Source: Candidatus Liptonbacteria bacterium
GTDB taxonomy: Bacteria > Patescibacteriota > Minisyncoccia > UBA6257 > 2-01-FULL-56-20
Length of the DNA stretch: 64,000 nucleotides
Assembly: GCA_016194445.1 (NCBI GenBank)
Contig: JACQBP010000035.1
Coordinates: 4,396-68,395, forward strand
Direction: 5' to 3'
In this document: one piece after another, positions 38,384 through 47,719 of the stretch
Layout: each line of letters starts with the position of its first letter
How positions within the stretch are numbered: the first letter of the stretch is position 1
The notes under the pieces: model-generated
What the model was told of the DNA's origin: nothing
The model's input: only the letters and a program-made list of their open reading frames with translations
The model's database searches: none
Program-made: the position numbers and the translations under genes

Positions 38384-38883
38384 GCTTTTTCTTTGATGAC
38401 TTCGGCAGCGCGACTAATTAACTTGTCGTCGATGTATTTTGGATCGAGTTCGACCATCTTCACAATCGCTTCCTTGATTAAAGCGTTAGCTTTTTCAAAA
38501 AGTCGATCTAATTCCTCTTGTTTTTTGTGTTCCGCGATCCGAGCCGCTTCGGCGAGAGTGCCGTCCGCTTTTTCTTCGGCCACTTTTATAATTTCGTCGA
38601 AGCGTTTTTGACCCTTTTTTTCCGCTTCGCTGATTAATTTTAACGCGTTTTTATCGGCTTCGGTCATTTTTTCTTCTTTCAGTTGGTCAATTTCTTTTAG
38701 TCGCCGTTCGGCTTCTTCGGCGCCGACGAGGCCAAACTCGATCTTTTTGCGGCGCTCTTCCATGACTTTGGCGAGAGGTCGGTAAACCAGGAGCGTGAGG
38801 ACGATGAGTAGGATCAAGAAATTTGCCCCTTGAGATAATAGGAGTTTCCAGTTAATGCCTAGTTGATGAACTAATTCTTGCAT
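38380..38883 (-). CDS. atpF: ATP synthase subunit b
   Basis: LGINWKLLLSQGANFLIL, YRPL...EERRKKI, coiled coil. Confidence 0.92.
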   Translation of the reverse strand: MQELVHQLGINWKLLLSQGANFLILLIVLTLLVYRPLAKVMEERRKKIEFGLVGAEEAERRLKEIDQLKEEKMTEADKNALKLISEAEKKGQKRFDEIIKVAEEKADGTLAEAARIAEHKKQEELDRLFEKANALIKEAIVKMVELDPKYIDDKLISRAAEVIKEKA

Positions 38884-38946
38884 GCCGATTTTGTCTGAAT
38901 TTTAGAGCCGTCTTGAGGTGAATAAAATTCAGCCACAAAAACGAGC

Positions 38947-39049
38947 ACCCCGCCCCACTTTTTACAAAGCGGGTTTTTCGACTTAATATTTTTTAAATCT
39001 AGTTTGAACATTTTTTTATACCGTGCCCTTATAAAAAGTGGGGCGGGGT
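38947..39049. repeat. Family-2 palindrome with perfect 18-bp IR between atpE and atpF
   Basis: ACCCCGCCCCACTTTTTA ... TAAAAAGTGGGGCGGGGT. Confidence 0.8.
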
Positions 39050-39103
39050 ATAGGTTTTGTCAACAAAATTTTTTCGCATTCGCTCTAAATTTTGTACAAA
39101 GCC

Positions 39104-39331
39104 CTATACGAACTTTAAGATTAAAGAAACGACCAACGCGTAAATGGCGATGGCTTCGGCGAAGGCGATCGCTAAGATCATCGCCGTCTGAACTTTCGGA
39201 GCGGCTTCCGGATTGCGGCCGATAGCGTCGGCGCCTTTGGATCCGATCAGGCCGATAGCGATGGCGGGACAAATAGTACCGACCGCCATAACGATAGCGA
39301 TGGCTAATAACTTCATTGATTCTGCGTCCAT
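39104..39331 (-). CDS. atpE: ATP synthase subunit c
   Basis: IGRNPEA, AFAEAIAIY. Confidence 0.96.
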   Translation of the reverse strand: MDAESMKLLAIAIVMAVGTICPAIAIGLIGSKGADAIGRNPEAAPKVQTAMILAIAFAEAIAIYALVVSLILKFV

Positions 39332-39366
39332 TTTATTTTTTATTTATTTTTCGATTTTTCGACCGT

Positions 39367-40116
39367 TTAGTGGCCTCCGTCTTTGGCTGTGGCCATAGCC
39401 ACAAAGACAAGAGTCAACATTGAAAAAATGAAGGCTTGAATGAAGCCTACAAAAACCTCTAAAAACATAAACGGCAGAGGGACGACGTAGGGGACTAGGA
39501 AGCCCACAATCACCAAGAGCACCTCGCCAGCAAACACGTTCCCGAATAACCGAAACGAGAACGACACTATTTTAACAAATTCGGATAAGAATTCAAGAAC
39601 GCCGACGAAGGAGATGACTGGGAAGGGTTTGTGAAAATTAAAAAATTTTGAGAAATGTTTTTTAAAGCCAATAGCGAGAATGCCCAGCAGGTTAATGGAA
39701 ATTAAGGAGATGACGGCGAGGGCCACAGTGAAGTTGAGGTCGCTCGCGGGAGAGCGGAAGAGAGGAATCACGGAAGGTAGACCCTGGTGAGTAGTGTTTA
39801 GGCCAATGGAGCCGAGAGGCAAAAGACCCAACCAGTTGGAGGTCATTATAAACAGAAAGATGGTGGCCACGATAGGCAGGTATTTCTCTGAGAGTTTGCG
39901 ATCGCCGAGAACTGAGTCCATGAGTTTCAGGATTTGCTCTAAAAGGAGTTCAAAAACGCTCTGGAGCTTGCCCGGCACCATTTTTAATCTGTTTTTGATG
40001 AGAAAACTTAATATAACCAGGATTAAGAGGCTGACAAAAGAAAGGAGGAGGGCATTGGTGACTGGAAAGCTACCAATATGGAATATCTCTTCGGCTTTTA
40101 AAGATATTTCGGGCAC
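39367..40116 (-). CDS. atpB: ATP synthase subunit a
   Basis: NWLGLLP, RSPASDLN, SFSFRLFGNVFAGE, IQAFIFSML. Confidence 0.96.
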   Translation of the reverse strand: MPEISLKAEEIFHIGSFPVTNALLLSFVSLLILVILSFLIKNRLKMVPGKLQSVFELLLEQILKLMDSVLGDRKLSEKYLPIVATIFLFIMTSNWLGLLPLGSIGLNTTHQGLPSVIPLFRSPASDLNFTVALAVISLISINLLGILAIGFKKHFSKFFNFHKPFPVISFVGVLEFLSEFVKIVSFSFRLFGNVFAGEVLLVIVGFLVPYVVPLPFMFLEVFVGFIQAFIFSMLTLVFVAMATAKDGGH

Positions 40117-40147
40117 GGAAGTTTAGACTATTTGGGTTTAATACGGG

Positions 40148-40208
40148 CCCAGATAGTAGAAGTTCAGAACGCTAAAGCATATTGAAAAATCTGAACTTCA
40201 CTACCGGG
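40148..40208. repeat. Family-1 bulged palindrome, copy E
   Basis: CCCAGATAGTAGAAGTTCAGA...TCTGAACTTCACTACCGGG, upstream of atpB. Confidence 0.75.
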
Positions 40209-40340
40209 AGGGCGTTATTTTAGCAGATTAATGCTGTTTTGAGAAGAGGGAAAAAACGGCTCAAGGACGAAGCTCCTCGCGCCGTTACCGTGACCGCTCT
40301 CCCTCCTGGTCCAGGGGGCTCAAATTAATTATATCTCGAT

Positions 40341-40408
40341 TTAGAAAATCAGCCAGAAGAAAATTAGGGCGGCGAGGACGCGATAAACGCCAAAAGAGGT
40401 GAAGACGC
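40341..40408 (-). pseudogene. Orphan duplicate of the uppP 3' end
   Basis: Reads VFTSFGVYRVLAALIFFWLIF*, versus the uppP end TFTSFGIYRVIVAIILWLIVF*. Confidence 0.75.
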
Positions 40409-40413
40409 TTCTG

Positions 40414-40543
40414 GATTCGATTTTGGAGGACCGGCGGTTCAATTGCTCCAGCGGCAATTGCCCGTCTGCGCTCTCGGCGCTAAAATTTTTCCATGAAAAA
40501 ACCAAGCTTTTAGCGCCTGCGAGAGCCCCTCCAAAATCGAATC
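40414..40543. mobile_element. MITE-like 130-bp element with perfect 16-bp terminal IR
   Basis: GATTCGATTTTGGAGG / CCTCCAAAATCGAATC with nested internal hairpins. Confidence 0.6.
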
Positions 40544-40570
40544 TTTCGCTTAGGTGTGAAGAAAAGATAT

Positions 40571-41341
40571 TTAAAAAACAATTAGCCATAAGATAATTGC
40601 GACTATCACTCGATAGATGCCAAAGGAAGTGAAAGTGTGATTACTGATAAATTTAAGGAGAAACTTGATGGCGAAGAGAGCGACGACGAAAGAGGTGATA
40701 AAGCCAACGGCGAGCAGGCTGAATTGATCTGAAGAAAAACTGCTGGCGTTTTTGATTAAATCTAAACCAGTGGCGGCAAGCATGGTCGGAACGGCTAAGA
40801 GAAAAGAAAACTCAACGATAGTTTGACGTTTCAGGCCGAGGAAAAGACCGCCGACGATGGTGGCGGCGGCCCGAGAAACGCCGGGAACAACGGCGATGGA
40901 TTGGAAAAGGCCGATGATGAACGATTGTTTGTAGGAAATGTTTTCGAGGTTTTCGGTGGCGTCGGTTTTTTCTTGGTGGAATTTTTCAAAAATAATGAGG
41001 AAAATACCACCGAGGAGTAGACTAACTAAAACAATAGTCGTGTTGTCCAAGAAGTATTTTTTTACGACTTTGTAGAGAGCGAGTCCGATTACGGCTGTGG
41101 GCAGGAAAGCTACGAAGAGACGCTTGATGATTTCAAAGTTTTTAGTGAGGGTTTTGAAGTAGAGGACGATGACTGACAAGATTGCGCCGAGCTGGATGAA
41201 AATCTCGAAGGTTTTTAGAAATTCGGTTGAGGAAAGGTTTAAAAGTTTTGAAGTGAGGATGAGATGGCCAGTCGAGGAGATTGGCAAGAATTCGGTGATG
41301 CCTTCGACGAGGCCGAGGATGATGGAATGGATGAAGGTCAT
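40571..41341 (-). CDS. uppP: Undecaprenyl-diphosphate phosphatase
   Basis: GLVEGITEFLPISSTGH, IQLGAIL, PGVSRAAATI, EFSFLLAVP. Confidence 0.96.
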   Translation of the reverse strand: MTFIHSIILGLVEGITEFLPISSTGHLILTSKLLNLSSTEFLKTFEIFIQLGAILSVIVLYFKTLTKNFEIIKRLFVAFLPTAVIGLALYKVVKKYFLDNTTIVLVSLLLGGIFLIIFEKFHQEKTDATENLENISYKQSFIIGLFQSIAVVPGVSRAAATIVGGLFLGLKRQTIVEFSFLLAVPTMLAATGLDLIKNASSFSSDQFSLLAVGFITSFVVALFAIKFLLKFISNHTFTSFGIYRVIVAIILWLIVF

Positions 41342-41458
41342 AGGTTTATTTTGACATAATGGAGGAGACTTGCCCAGCACCACAAGTGGAATAAAGAAGA
41401 AGTCGCGGTGGGTTGACTCGCCGTTTGAGGAGAGCCCCGGCGATCCTTTCTAAATTAA

Positions 41459-41491
41459 AATGGCGGTCAAGTTTTGAGCTTGACCGCCATT
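41459..41491 (-). terminator. Terminator-like hairpin
   Basis: AATGGCGGTCAAG / CTTGACCGCCATT with a T run on the minus strand. Confidence 0.6.
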
Positions 41492-41515
41492 CGACTAATT
41501 ATAGGTGAGTTTTTA

Positions 41516-41941
41516 TTACCAGAGGGCGAGGATCGAGCCCATGATAATGAGTGAGACGAGATAGTAACCGCTGTTTAAAAACCAAACTTTCCAAGATTTG
41601 CCTTCCCAGAGAGTGGGGCCGAGAGTGACCGGAGCGATGAAGCCGAGCCAGTTTAAAAAGCCAACCATCACGCCAGATGAGAGGCCGCTTGAGTGAAGGT
41701 AGGCGTTCGCGAAAACAAGGGCGTGAGCGAGAATATAACTCATCACAAGCGCGCCAAGCGCGTTTAGGGCGTAGACTTTGCCCATACCTTTGGCTTTTGA
41801 CGCTTCAACTTTATCTGGGGTGATGCCTGAGAGAGCCATCCAAGTTTTGCCGAAGAGCGGACCGTACCATAAAAATCCGATGGCCATACTCGAGGCGGTG
41901 GCGACGATGAGGGCTAAATAATTAATAGGAACTTGAGGCAT
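41516..41941 (-). CDS. DUF1761-like membrane protein
   Basis: INYLA, GFLWYGPLFGKTW, WLGF, WEGKSW...NSGY. Confidence 0.85.
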   Translation of the reverse strand: MPQVPINYLALIVATASSMAIGFLWYGPLFGKTWMALSGITPDKVEASKAKGMGKVYALNALGALVMSYILAHALVFANAYLHSSGLSSGVMVGFLNWLGFIAPVTLGPTLWEGKSWKVWFLNSGYYLVSLIIMGSILALW

Positions 41942-42182
41942 ATTGATTTGTGAATGGAATTGAGTTCACCCGCCAAAATTTTCCAAATGAAAACTTAGGA
42001 GGGCAAGCGACCCCAGCCCCACTGCTTTTGGAGCTGGATTTCGCTCTCCGAATGGAAGAAAGATTTTTAATTGCGGAGAGCTCAACTTTTCCGACCTTTG
42101 GATTATTTTCTCACAAGTTATAAAAAAGATACAGCCCCGCTCTTTGCTAGCAAAGAGCGGGGCTCGTGATGCGTGATCGCTA

Positions 42183-42569
42183 TTATCCCTCGGGGAGATG
42201 ATAGGGTTTTTGGAGAGGGGCGATTTGGGTTTCGCCGGCTGGTCCAACTCCAAGCGTTCGGGAGATGGTGATGAAGTAGGGCTTTGGTAGCGAGCCCCAT
42301 TCAATGGTGAATTTTTCTCCCACAAGACTCATGGAATCCAGAAAGTCACCAACCAATCTCTTGCAGTCGGTCCAGGTGTCGGGAGCTAATTCAGCATCGA
42401 TAACCAGTTGAACTTTCGGGCAGCCGCATCGCAAGAAGTTGACTGCCGCGACCAGGTCGAGGCCTGGCTCTATGGGATTGTTTAAGACCAGGATTGGTAT
42501 CCCACCCTCGAGCATGGTGACAGTGTTTCCTCTTTGCTGGATGAGCCTGGGTCTGGGGTTGTTCTCCAT
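42183..42569 (-). CDS. Hypothetical protein
   Basis: SD AAGGAG upstream; hairpin with T tract downstream (42132-42165). Confidence 0.55.
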   Translation of the reverse strand: MENNPRPRLIQQRGNTVTMLEGGIPILVLNNPIEPGLDLVAAVNFLRCGCPKVQLVIDAELAPDTWTDCKRLVGDFLDSMSLVGEKFTIEWGSLPKPYFITISRTLGVGPAGETQIAPLQKPYHLPEG

Positions 42570-42668
42570 ACAACACTCCTTTCTATCATTTAGGTGTTTT
42601 ATCTACCTTCTTTGTTCCGATGGTATTTTTGATTATTTATGGATATTTGTCAAACATTTTAGCCCTTT

Positions 42669-42962
42669 TTATTTTAAAGCCGATTTGATTCTCACGGCTT
42701 CATCGCGGACAGTTTCGGAATCGTAGTCGCCGGCGTGGGCGTGGGTGCCAGAGTACGAAGGTTTTTTTTGGTCGAGGTGGAGGTTGATGACGATTTCATT
42801 TCCTTCTTCTTTTGAGTAAACATGAAAGCGCGGGTAGTCGCCACCCATCAGCGAACGAACGCAGTTCATCTCGCCGCGATCGGTCATGTCGATTGGGTTG
42901 TAGCCAATCTTGCGCATGGCGTTTTGGAGATTTTCGTTGCCGGATTTTACGCGGAAGGTCAT
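42669..42962 (-). CDS. Hypothetical protein
   Basis: Compact 97-aa ORF (YPRFHVY, NLHLDQKKPSY, HAHAGDYD) with host-like codon bias. Confidence 0.7.
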   Translation of the reverse strand: MTFRVKSGNENLQNAMRKIGYNPIDMTDRGEMNCVRSLMGGDYPRFHVYSKEEGNEIVINLHLDQKKPSYSGTHAHAGDYDSETVRDEAVRIKSALK

Positions 42963-43050
42963 ATCAGAAGTTTATCGTTTAGTTCTCGAAATGGAAAGGC
43001 CGCAGACGAATTGCCTGCGGCCGGTGAGAAGGTGGTTTCCTGGCGGGCTT

Positions 43051-43305
43051 TCAGTGTTCTGCGCTGAGCGCGGCTCGACCAAGCATGACAGTGAGTTTCC
43101 ATGCTGACCGGATTGCGAATGTGGTGATGACAGCGCACACCAGTAGATTCACGTAAAGTTCTGGGTCTCCCAAAACGAAGCTGGCAAGTCCCGGGTTTTC
43201 GGCCGCAAACTTTACCACAGATTGATAGCTGTCGATCCACACTACATCAAAGATAGTCGCGATCGCTATCAGCAGCAGGTGTCCAGACACATTTACGTAC
43301 CGCAC
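43051..43305 (-). CDS. Small hypothetical membrane protein
   Basis: SD AAGGAGG before a GTG start; two hydrophobic segments. Confidence 0.5.
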   Translation of the reverse strand: MRYVNVSGHLLLIAIATIFDVVWIDSYQSVVKFAAENPGLASFVLGDPELYVNLLVCAVITTFAIRSAWKLTVMLGRAALSAEH

Positions 43306-43481
43306 TTTTTCCTCCTTGTCGAGTTATGAGTTAAACTTAGCTGGCTTTAAGGTAACATAGTTTTGGTAATTATTACAAGCGAGCCCTCGCGGCCTCTAAC
43401 AGGATTGACAAATTCTATACCTTTGGTATGATCGTTCAACACTATCAGACCAAGAGGCATAGTCGAGTTTCTAGGTAAAAA

Positions 43482-43550
43482 CCAGGTAGTAGAACTTCGG
43501 CGTGTCGCTTTTCGCGACTGCGTTTAATCGGCCGAAGTTTCACTACCTGG
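43482..43550. repeat. Family-1 bulged palindrome, copy F, in the csp leader
   Basis: CCAGGTAGTAGAACTTCGGC...GCCGAAGTTTCACTACCTGG, downstream of a TTGACA-N17-TATGAT promoter. Confidence 0.75.
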
Positions 43551-43563
43551 AAAAAATAATCAA

Positions 43564-43761
43564 ATGAAAGGAACTATCAAAACGCTCACGGACAGGGGAT
43601 TTGGATTCATTGCCCGTGATGGCGAAGCGAAAGATCTCTTCTTTCACTCCAATGAATTAAAGGGAGTGACGTTTGACGAACTTAAGGTCGGCGATGCCGT
43701 TACCTTTGAAGTCGTGGATGGAGAGAAGGGTCCGAGCGCTAAGAATGTGTCACGTGAATAA
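43564..43761 (+). CDS. Cold-shock domain protein
   Basis: RGFGFI (RNP1), DLFFH (RNP2), GEKGPSA. Confidence 0.95.
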   Translation: MKGTIKTLTDRGFGFIARDGEAKDLFFHSNELKGVTFDELKVGDAVTFEVVDGEKGPSAKNVSRE

Positions 43762-43776
43762 AGTAGCCTGACTCTT

Positions 43777-43813
43777 AAAAACCACCCTCCTTGAATTAAG
43801 GAGGGTGGTTTTT
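43777..43813. terminator. Bidirectional terminator between csp and obg
   Basis: AAAAACCACCCTCCTT / AAGGAGGGTGGTTTTT. Confidence 0.85.
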
Positions 43814-43817
43814 ATTT

Positions 43818-44783
43818 CTAGTGGGGTTTAGCCTTGATGTGATTTAAAATCTTTTCCACATTTTTGATGCTCTCGGGATCGTTCATCGAGATGGCGATCA
43901 CGTGAGGATCTATTTTTTTGAGCGCCGATAATTTTTGATTGAGTTCTTTGGGTGTGGCCAAGTCGCTTTTAGTCAGAAAAAGACGTTCGGGTTTTTTAAG
44001 GAGTGCCGAGTTCCACGCGCCGAGTTCCTGACGGATGGTTTGATAGTCTTTGGAAGGAGTGGGGGATTCCGATGAAATAAAGTGGAAAAGAAGATGCGTT
44101 CGCTCGATGTGGCGGAGGAACTTGATGCCTAAGCCCTTACCACTCGATGACCCTTCGATGAGTCCGGGAATATCCGCGAGGATAAGTTCGTAGTAGGCAC
44201 CGAGGTGGGGCTCAAGCGTGGTGAAGGGATAATTAGCCACTTTACTTCTTGCGCTCGTCAGTTTGTTCAACAAGCTTGATTTGCCGACATTTGGAAAGCC
44301 CACGAAGCCGATATCGGCAATGAACTTAAGCTCGAGCCGGAGGGCAAAATTATCTCCGGGTAGGCCCGGCTGCGCCTGTTTTGGGGTGGTGTTACGAGAA
44401 GAACGAAACTGGAAATTGCCTTTTCCACCGATGCCGCCTTTGGCGAGGAGGACCAGCTCGTCGATTTTTTCAAAGTTAATTTCTGCGCCGTTGGTAAGGT
44501 TGTGGGCGACAGTGCCAATCGGCAATTTCAAAATAAGGTCACGTCCATCTCGGCCGTCGAGAAACTGGCCGCGACCGTCCCGACCATCTTCAGCAAAAAA
44601 TTCTTTTTTAAAGCGGAATTGCCAGAGCGCGCCCAGATCGGAGACACCGAGGCCGTAGATGCTGCCGCCTTTGCCGCCCGATCCTCCGGTCGGTCCGAGA
44701 CTCTTCAAGTTCTTATTAAAAGCCACGGCGCCTTTTCCGCCGTGGCCGGCGCTGATTTTTATTTTGACATCATCGATGAGCAT
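43818..44783 (-). CDS. obg: GTPase Obg/CgtA (short C-terminus)
   Basis: Gly-rich Obg domain, GFPNVGKS, YPFTTLEP, DIPGLIEG, FLRHIER, TKSD. Confidence 0.95.
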   Translation of the reverse strand: MLIDDVKIKISAGHGGKGAVAFNKNLKSLGPTGGSGGKGGSIYGLGVSDLGALWQFRFKKEFFAEDGRDGRGQFLDGRDGRDLILKLPIGTVAHNLTNGAEINFEKIDELVLLAKGGIGGKGNFQFRSSRNTTPKQAQPGLPGDNFALRLELKFIADIGFVGFPNVGKSSLLNKLTSARSKVANYPFTTLEPHLGAYYELILADIPGLIEGSSSGKGLGIKFLRHIERTHLLFHFISSESPTPSKDYQTIRQELGAWNSALLKKPERLFLTKSDLATPKELNQKLSALKKIDPHVIAISMNDPESIKNVEKILNHIKAKPH

Positions 44784-44813
44784 ATAAAGGAGAATCTAAA
44801 TAAATTCGGGATT

Positions 44814-45407
44814 TTAGAGGGTATTGGTTTGTTCCCGGCCGGTTGAAGTTCGATACACCCTACACGCTGCCCAAAGACCAAGTCCGTTTCCGCGAGCTTC
44901 AGTTTCGGCTTCGTTAAAATCTTTAACCCGAGAAGTATCCGGTTCGTAGGGGTAGCTAAAGGCCAATCCCTGTTTGACTAGCGCCAAATTCACAAAAGTG
45001 CCGTCGCTAAGATACACAAAGCCTAGCCAGCGGCCGTACTTATCTCGATCCGATACATCTTTGTAAAAAATAATCGACTGGCCTTCGACTAGAGCTTGAT
45101 TGGCGGCGGCCGCTTCTTTGGCAAAACATTGAACTGGCTTTCTCGGATCGACTTCCTCGGGCGTATCGATGCCGATGTAGCGCAACCGATCGCCATTCAC
45201 CAGTTCAACCGTGTCGCCATCGATCACTCTTACCACTTTAATCGCGTGGCCAGCTTCCGTTTTGAAGGAAGCGTCATAGAGCGTCGCGGTATTTTTACCT
45301 AACCCGCCGATCAGAGCCGGAGACGCGTAGTGATAAAACAAAAAAGCCGCAATCAATGCGCCAGCCAGAAAATAAAATTTCTTCAATGTCATCGGCCTAA
45401 TATTCAA
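44814..45407 (-). CDS. Thermonuclease (SNase) family protein, membrane-anchored
   Basis: VIDGDT, RYIGIDTPE, DKYGRWLG, VNLALVKQGLA, GLGLW. Confidence 0.93.
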   Translation of the reverse strand: MNIRPMTLKKFYFLAGALIAAFLFYHYASPALIGGLGKNTATLYDASFKTEAGHAIKVVRVIDGDTVELVNGDRLRYIGIDTPEEVDPRKPVQCFAKEAAAANQALVEGQSIIFYKDVSDRDKYGRWLGFVYLSDGTFVNLALVKQGLAFSYPYEPDTSRVKDFNEAETEARGNGLGLWAACRVYRTSTGREQTNTL

Positions 45408-45496
45408 AAATACAGTTTTTACTTCCTTTATTAGATGCGTTCAGAACTTTGATTGGAGGAAAGATAGGGTGAGAAGTGGAAGAACTGCGGTTAGAG

Positions 45497-45715
45497 TTAA
45501 GATTTGCCGTTTAGATACTTACTTGCAACACTTAACGCAAATGAAGGCAGTATAATAAAGACCGCCGTAAATAGAAGTTTCATTAATAATATATGTAGAC
45601 TCGAGCTATTGGCATCCCCTCCATCCGGCAATGTCAAAACTACTAATATTCCAATAATTCCAAAAGCAATGGATGAGTAAACAAATATTCGTGTCACTAT
45701 TTTTTGTTTCGACAT
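45497..45715 (-). CDS. Small two-TM protein
   Basis: 72-aa hydrophobic hairpin ORF. Confidence 0.6.
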   Translation of the reverse strand: MSKQKIVTRIFVYSSIAFGIIGILVVLTLPDGGDANSSSLHILLMKLLFTAVFIILPSFALSVASKYLNGKS

Positions 45716-45868
45716 GGTCGGGGATCCTCGATAAATTCAAATCTTTAAATTTATCGGGACATAGTTTTAGTATATCTGTGTATTTTAATCATCAAAGGTC
45801 GAATCAAAAATTCAAAATTTTAACGCCGCCGATTCTATCTAACTTATCCACAACTACTGTCTTGACGA

Positions 45869-46143
45869 GTGGGACCACTTAAGGAGCTATTAGAGATACC
45901 GAGCTTTTTGGGGAGTACAATTGGCCTTTCAGGGTCAATTAAGGCAACTAATCAGGGTCAATATACGGCATAGAAAGTATTCAAGCCTTGTCTAGTCAAA
46001 CTGATATATCAACAGCCGAACGAGCACTCTTTTCAATCGGCGCACCAATAATTACTACTTTAGGAGCTATAGGCACGGCATATTTCGGTTCCGCTATTGG
46101 TCTAAAAATTAAGAAGGTGCTTGAATCTAAAAAAGCTCGATAA
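45869..46143 (+). pseudogene. Possible frameshifted membrane-protein gene
   Basis: Removing one 11-bp repeat plus the 12-bp spacer (23 bp) gives a continuous frame ending at TAA 46141-46143. Confidence 0.4.
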
Positions 46144-46155
46144 TGACAACTAAAA

Positions 46156-46452
46156 ATGCCATCAATATTTAGAGAATTTTTAAATAAGTCTGGATTAAGC
46201 GATGACAAAATCAAAGAGTTTGAAAAAGAATTCGCGATAGTAATCTTGCTTAAAATCCTTAGCGAGACCTACGAAAAACTTTCGACAGATGACAGAGAAA
46301 AAGTTAAACAACTTTTCGACCAAAGAAAGATGGATGAGATAATTGAATTTATCGAAGGAAAATACCCAATCGAAGAGTGGAAACAACTCCTTGAATCAAA
46401 AATCGCGCCAATTTTTGAAAGCTACATAAAAGAGGTCGTATTCGGAAAATAA
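46156..46452 (+). CDS. Hypothetical helical protein
   Basis: 98-aa charged, AT-rich ORF. Confidence 0.6.
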   Translation: MPSIFREFLNKSGLSDDKIKEFEKEFAIVILLKILSETYEKLSTDDREKVKQLFDQRKMDEIIEFIEGKYPIEEWKQLLESKIAPIFESYIKEVVFGK

Positions 46453-46500
46453 TTTAGAATATCTAACCATATTCTATCGTCACCACAGCTTTCGCGATTA

Positions 46501-47439
46501 TTACTGTGAATTTTTAGCTTTAGGTGTTCCGCCTTTAACTAACGAAGTGTGCCAGCCAAAATCGTTTACATTTCGCTCCAGAGTTTGCTTTGTCTTGTTG
46601 TCTCCCCCAAAAGTCCCCCATCCCGAGAGTGCGTTAACTTCATCCACTACCTTGCAATCTTGATCAAAAAGTTTCAGCCATTCGCCGTCGTTCGACATCG
46701 CGCCCACATAAATTTTATCCGCCGGAATTCCCGGCACCGAATTATCATCCGTCCGCTCCAACAAGAAAAGCCCGCCGGAGGAAATTTTTTCATTACTTCT
46801 AAAAACAATCTTAATCGTGCCTTTAGAATTTTTTATCTGCCAACCCTTCAAACTAACTTCGCCGGAAAAATTATTTTTCAGTTCCATCCATTCGTTGTTC
46901 GATGAACTCGCGCTCCCCATCCACGCTACCTCATTCAATAAAACTTTTCCGCTCGGCGTACTCGAAACCGAAAAATCACAATCTTGGATCGTCGGCTGAC
47001 TCGGTACTACTCGACTCACCGAAGATGTCGCCGTAGTTGTCGCGACCGGAACTTCTAAAGTAGAATTTTTAAAACTTTTAGCATTGTTTTTACCGAAACT
47101 GCGCGTGGTTGAAGTCATTCCACTCTCGCTCGCGCTTGTTTTCACCGATTTTCGAGAAACGTCGCCACCCTCCGGCGTCAAAACTTTCGTCGAAGTCGAA
47201 TTTTTATTTTGTGAACCACCCAGTTCGACTTCGTAAACCGGTTTCTCACTCTTAAAACCAAAAACGTCCTTCAGAGTTTGCGAGACTGACACCGAAAAAT
47301 TCCCTAAAAGAGAGTTTTCTCCCGAAATTTTCCCGCCGAAAACAAAAACTAAGACTAACAAGCCAGCTAAACCTGAACCAATCCAAAACTTCGGTCGCGT
47401 CCAAAATTTTTTCTTCCCTAAATCAAATTCTTCCTCCAT
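46501..47439 (-). CDS. Membrane-anchored lamin-tail-domain protein
   Basis: TM helix, S/T-rich linker, VLLNEVAWMG..NEWMELKN, LKGW, GTPKAKNS. Confidence 0.85.
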   Translation of the reverse strand: MEEEFDLGKKKFWTRPKFWIGSGLAGLLVLVFVFGGKISGENSLLGNFSVSVSQTLKDVFGFKSEKPVYEVELGGSQNKNSTSTKVLTPEGGDVSRKSVKTSASESGMTSTTRSFGKNNAKSFKNSTLEVPVATTTATSSVSRVVPSQPTIQDCDFSVSSTPSGKVLLNEVAWMGSASSSNNEWMELKNNFSGEVSLKGWQIKNSKGTIKIVFRSNEKISSGGLFLLERTDDNSVPGIPADKIYVGAMSNDGEWLKLFDQDCKVVDEVNALSGWGTFGGDNKTKQTLERNVNDFGWHTSLVKGGTPKAKNSQ

Positions 47440-47645
47440 CTTTGATAAAATTTCTTAAAAATAAAACTGGCCCGCCCTTCCCAAAACCCTGTCAAGGGGG
47501 AAAGCCTCCTTCCCCTTGCCAAAACTCGAACCTATCCTTAAAACTTAGTTCGATTCGGCTCTGATTTTTAAGAGCTCCCCGTGTCGCGAAAAGTCTCTAG
47601 CGGTTATCATAATGATTTCCCTAAAAAGTAGCAAATGTCTCGGAC

Positions 47646-47654
47646 TTATCCACA
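47646..47654 (+). promoter_or_regulatory. Perfect DnaA box upstream of the RNR gene
   Basis: TTATCCACA. Others at 15223, 45844 and 58253. Confidence 0.5.
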
Positions 47655-47719
47655 AGACTTAAAAAAAATCTCGGTGGTAAACTTATCCTGTCAAAAAAAA
47701 TTTAGTGAGGCCAGGAATT

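Noticed and set aside
45421-45448. dif-like site ACTTCCTTTATTAGATGCGTTCAGAACT near the skew switch
   Set aside because: The ends resemble Bacillus dif, but the conserved XerD arm TTATGT is missing.
47440-47719. Cobalamin riboswitch or NrdR boxes upstream of nrdJ
   Set aside because: Hairpins are present, but I could not recognise a B12 box or an NrdR consensus.
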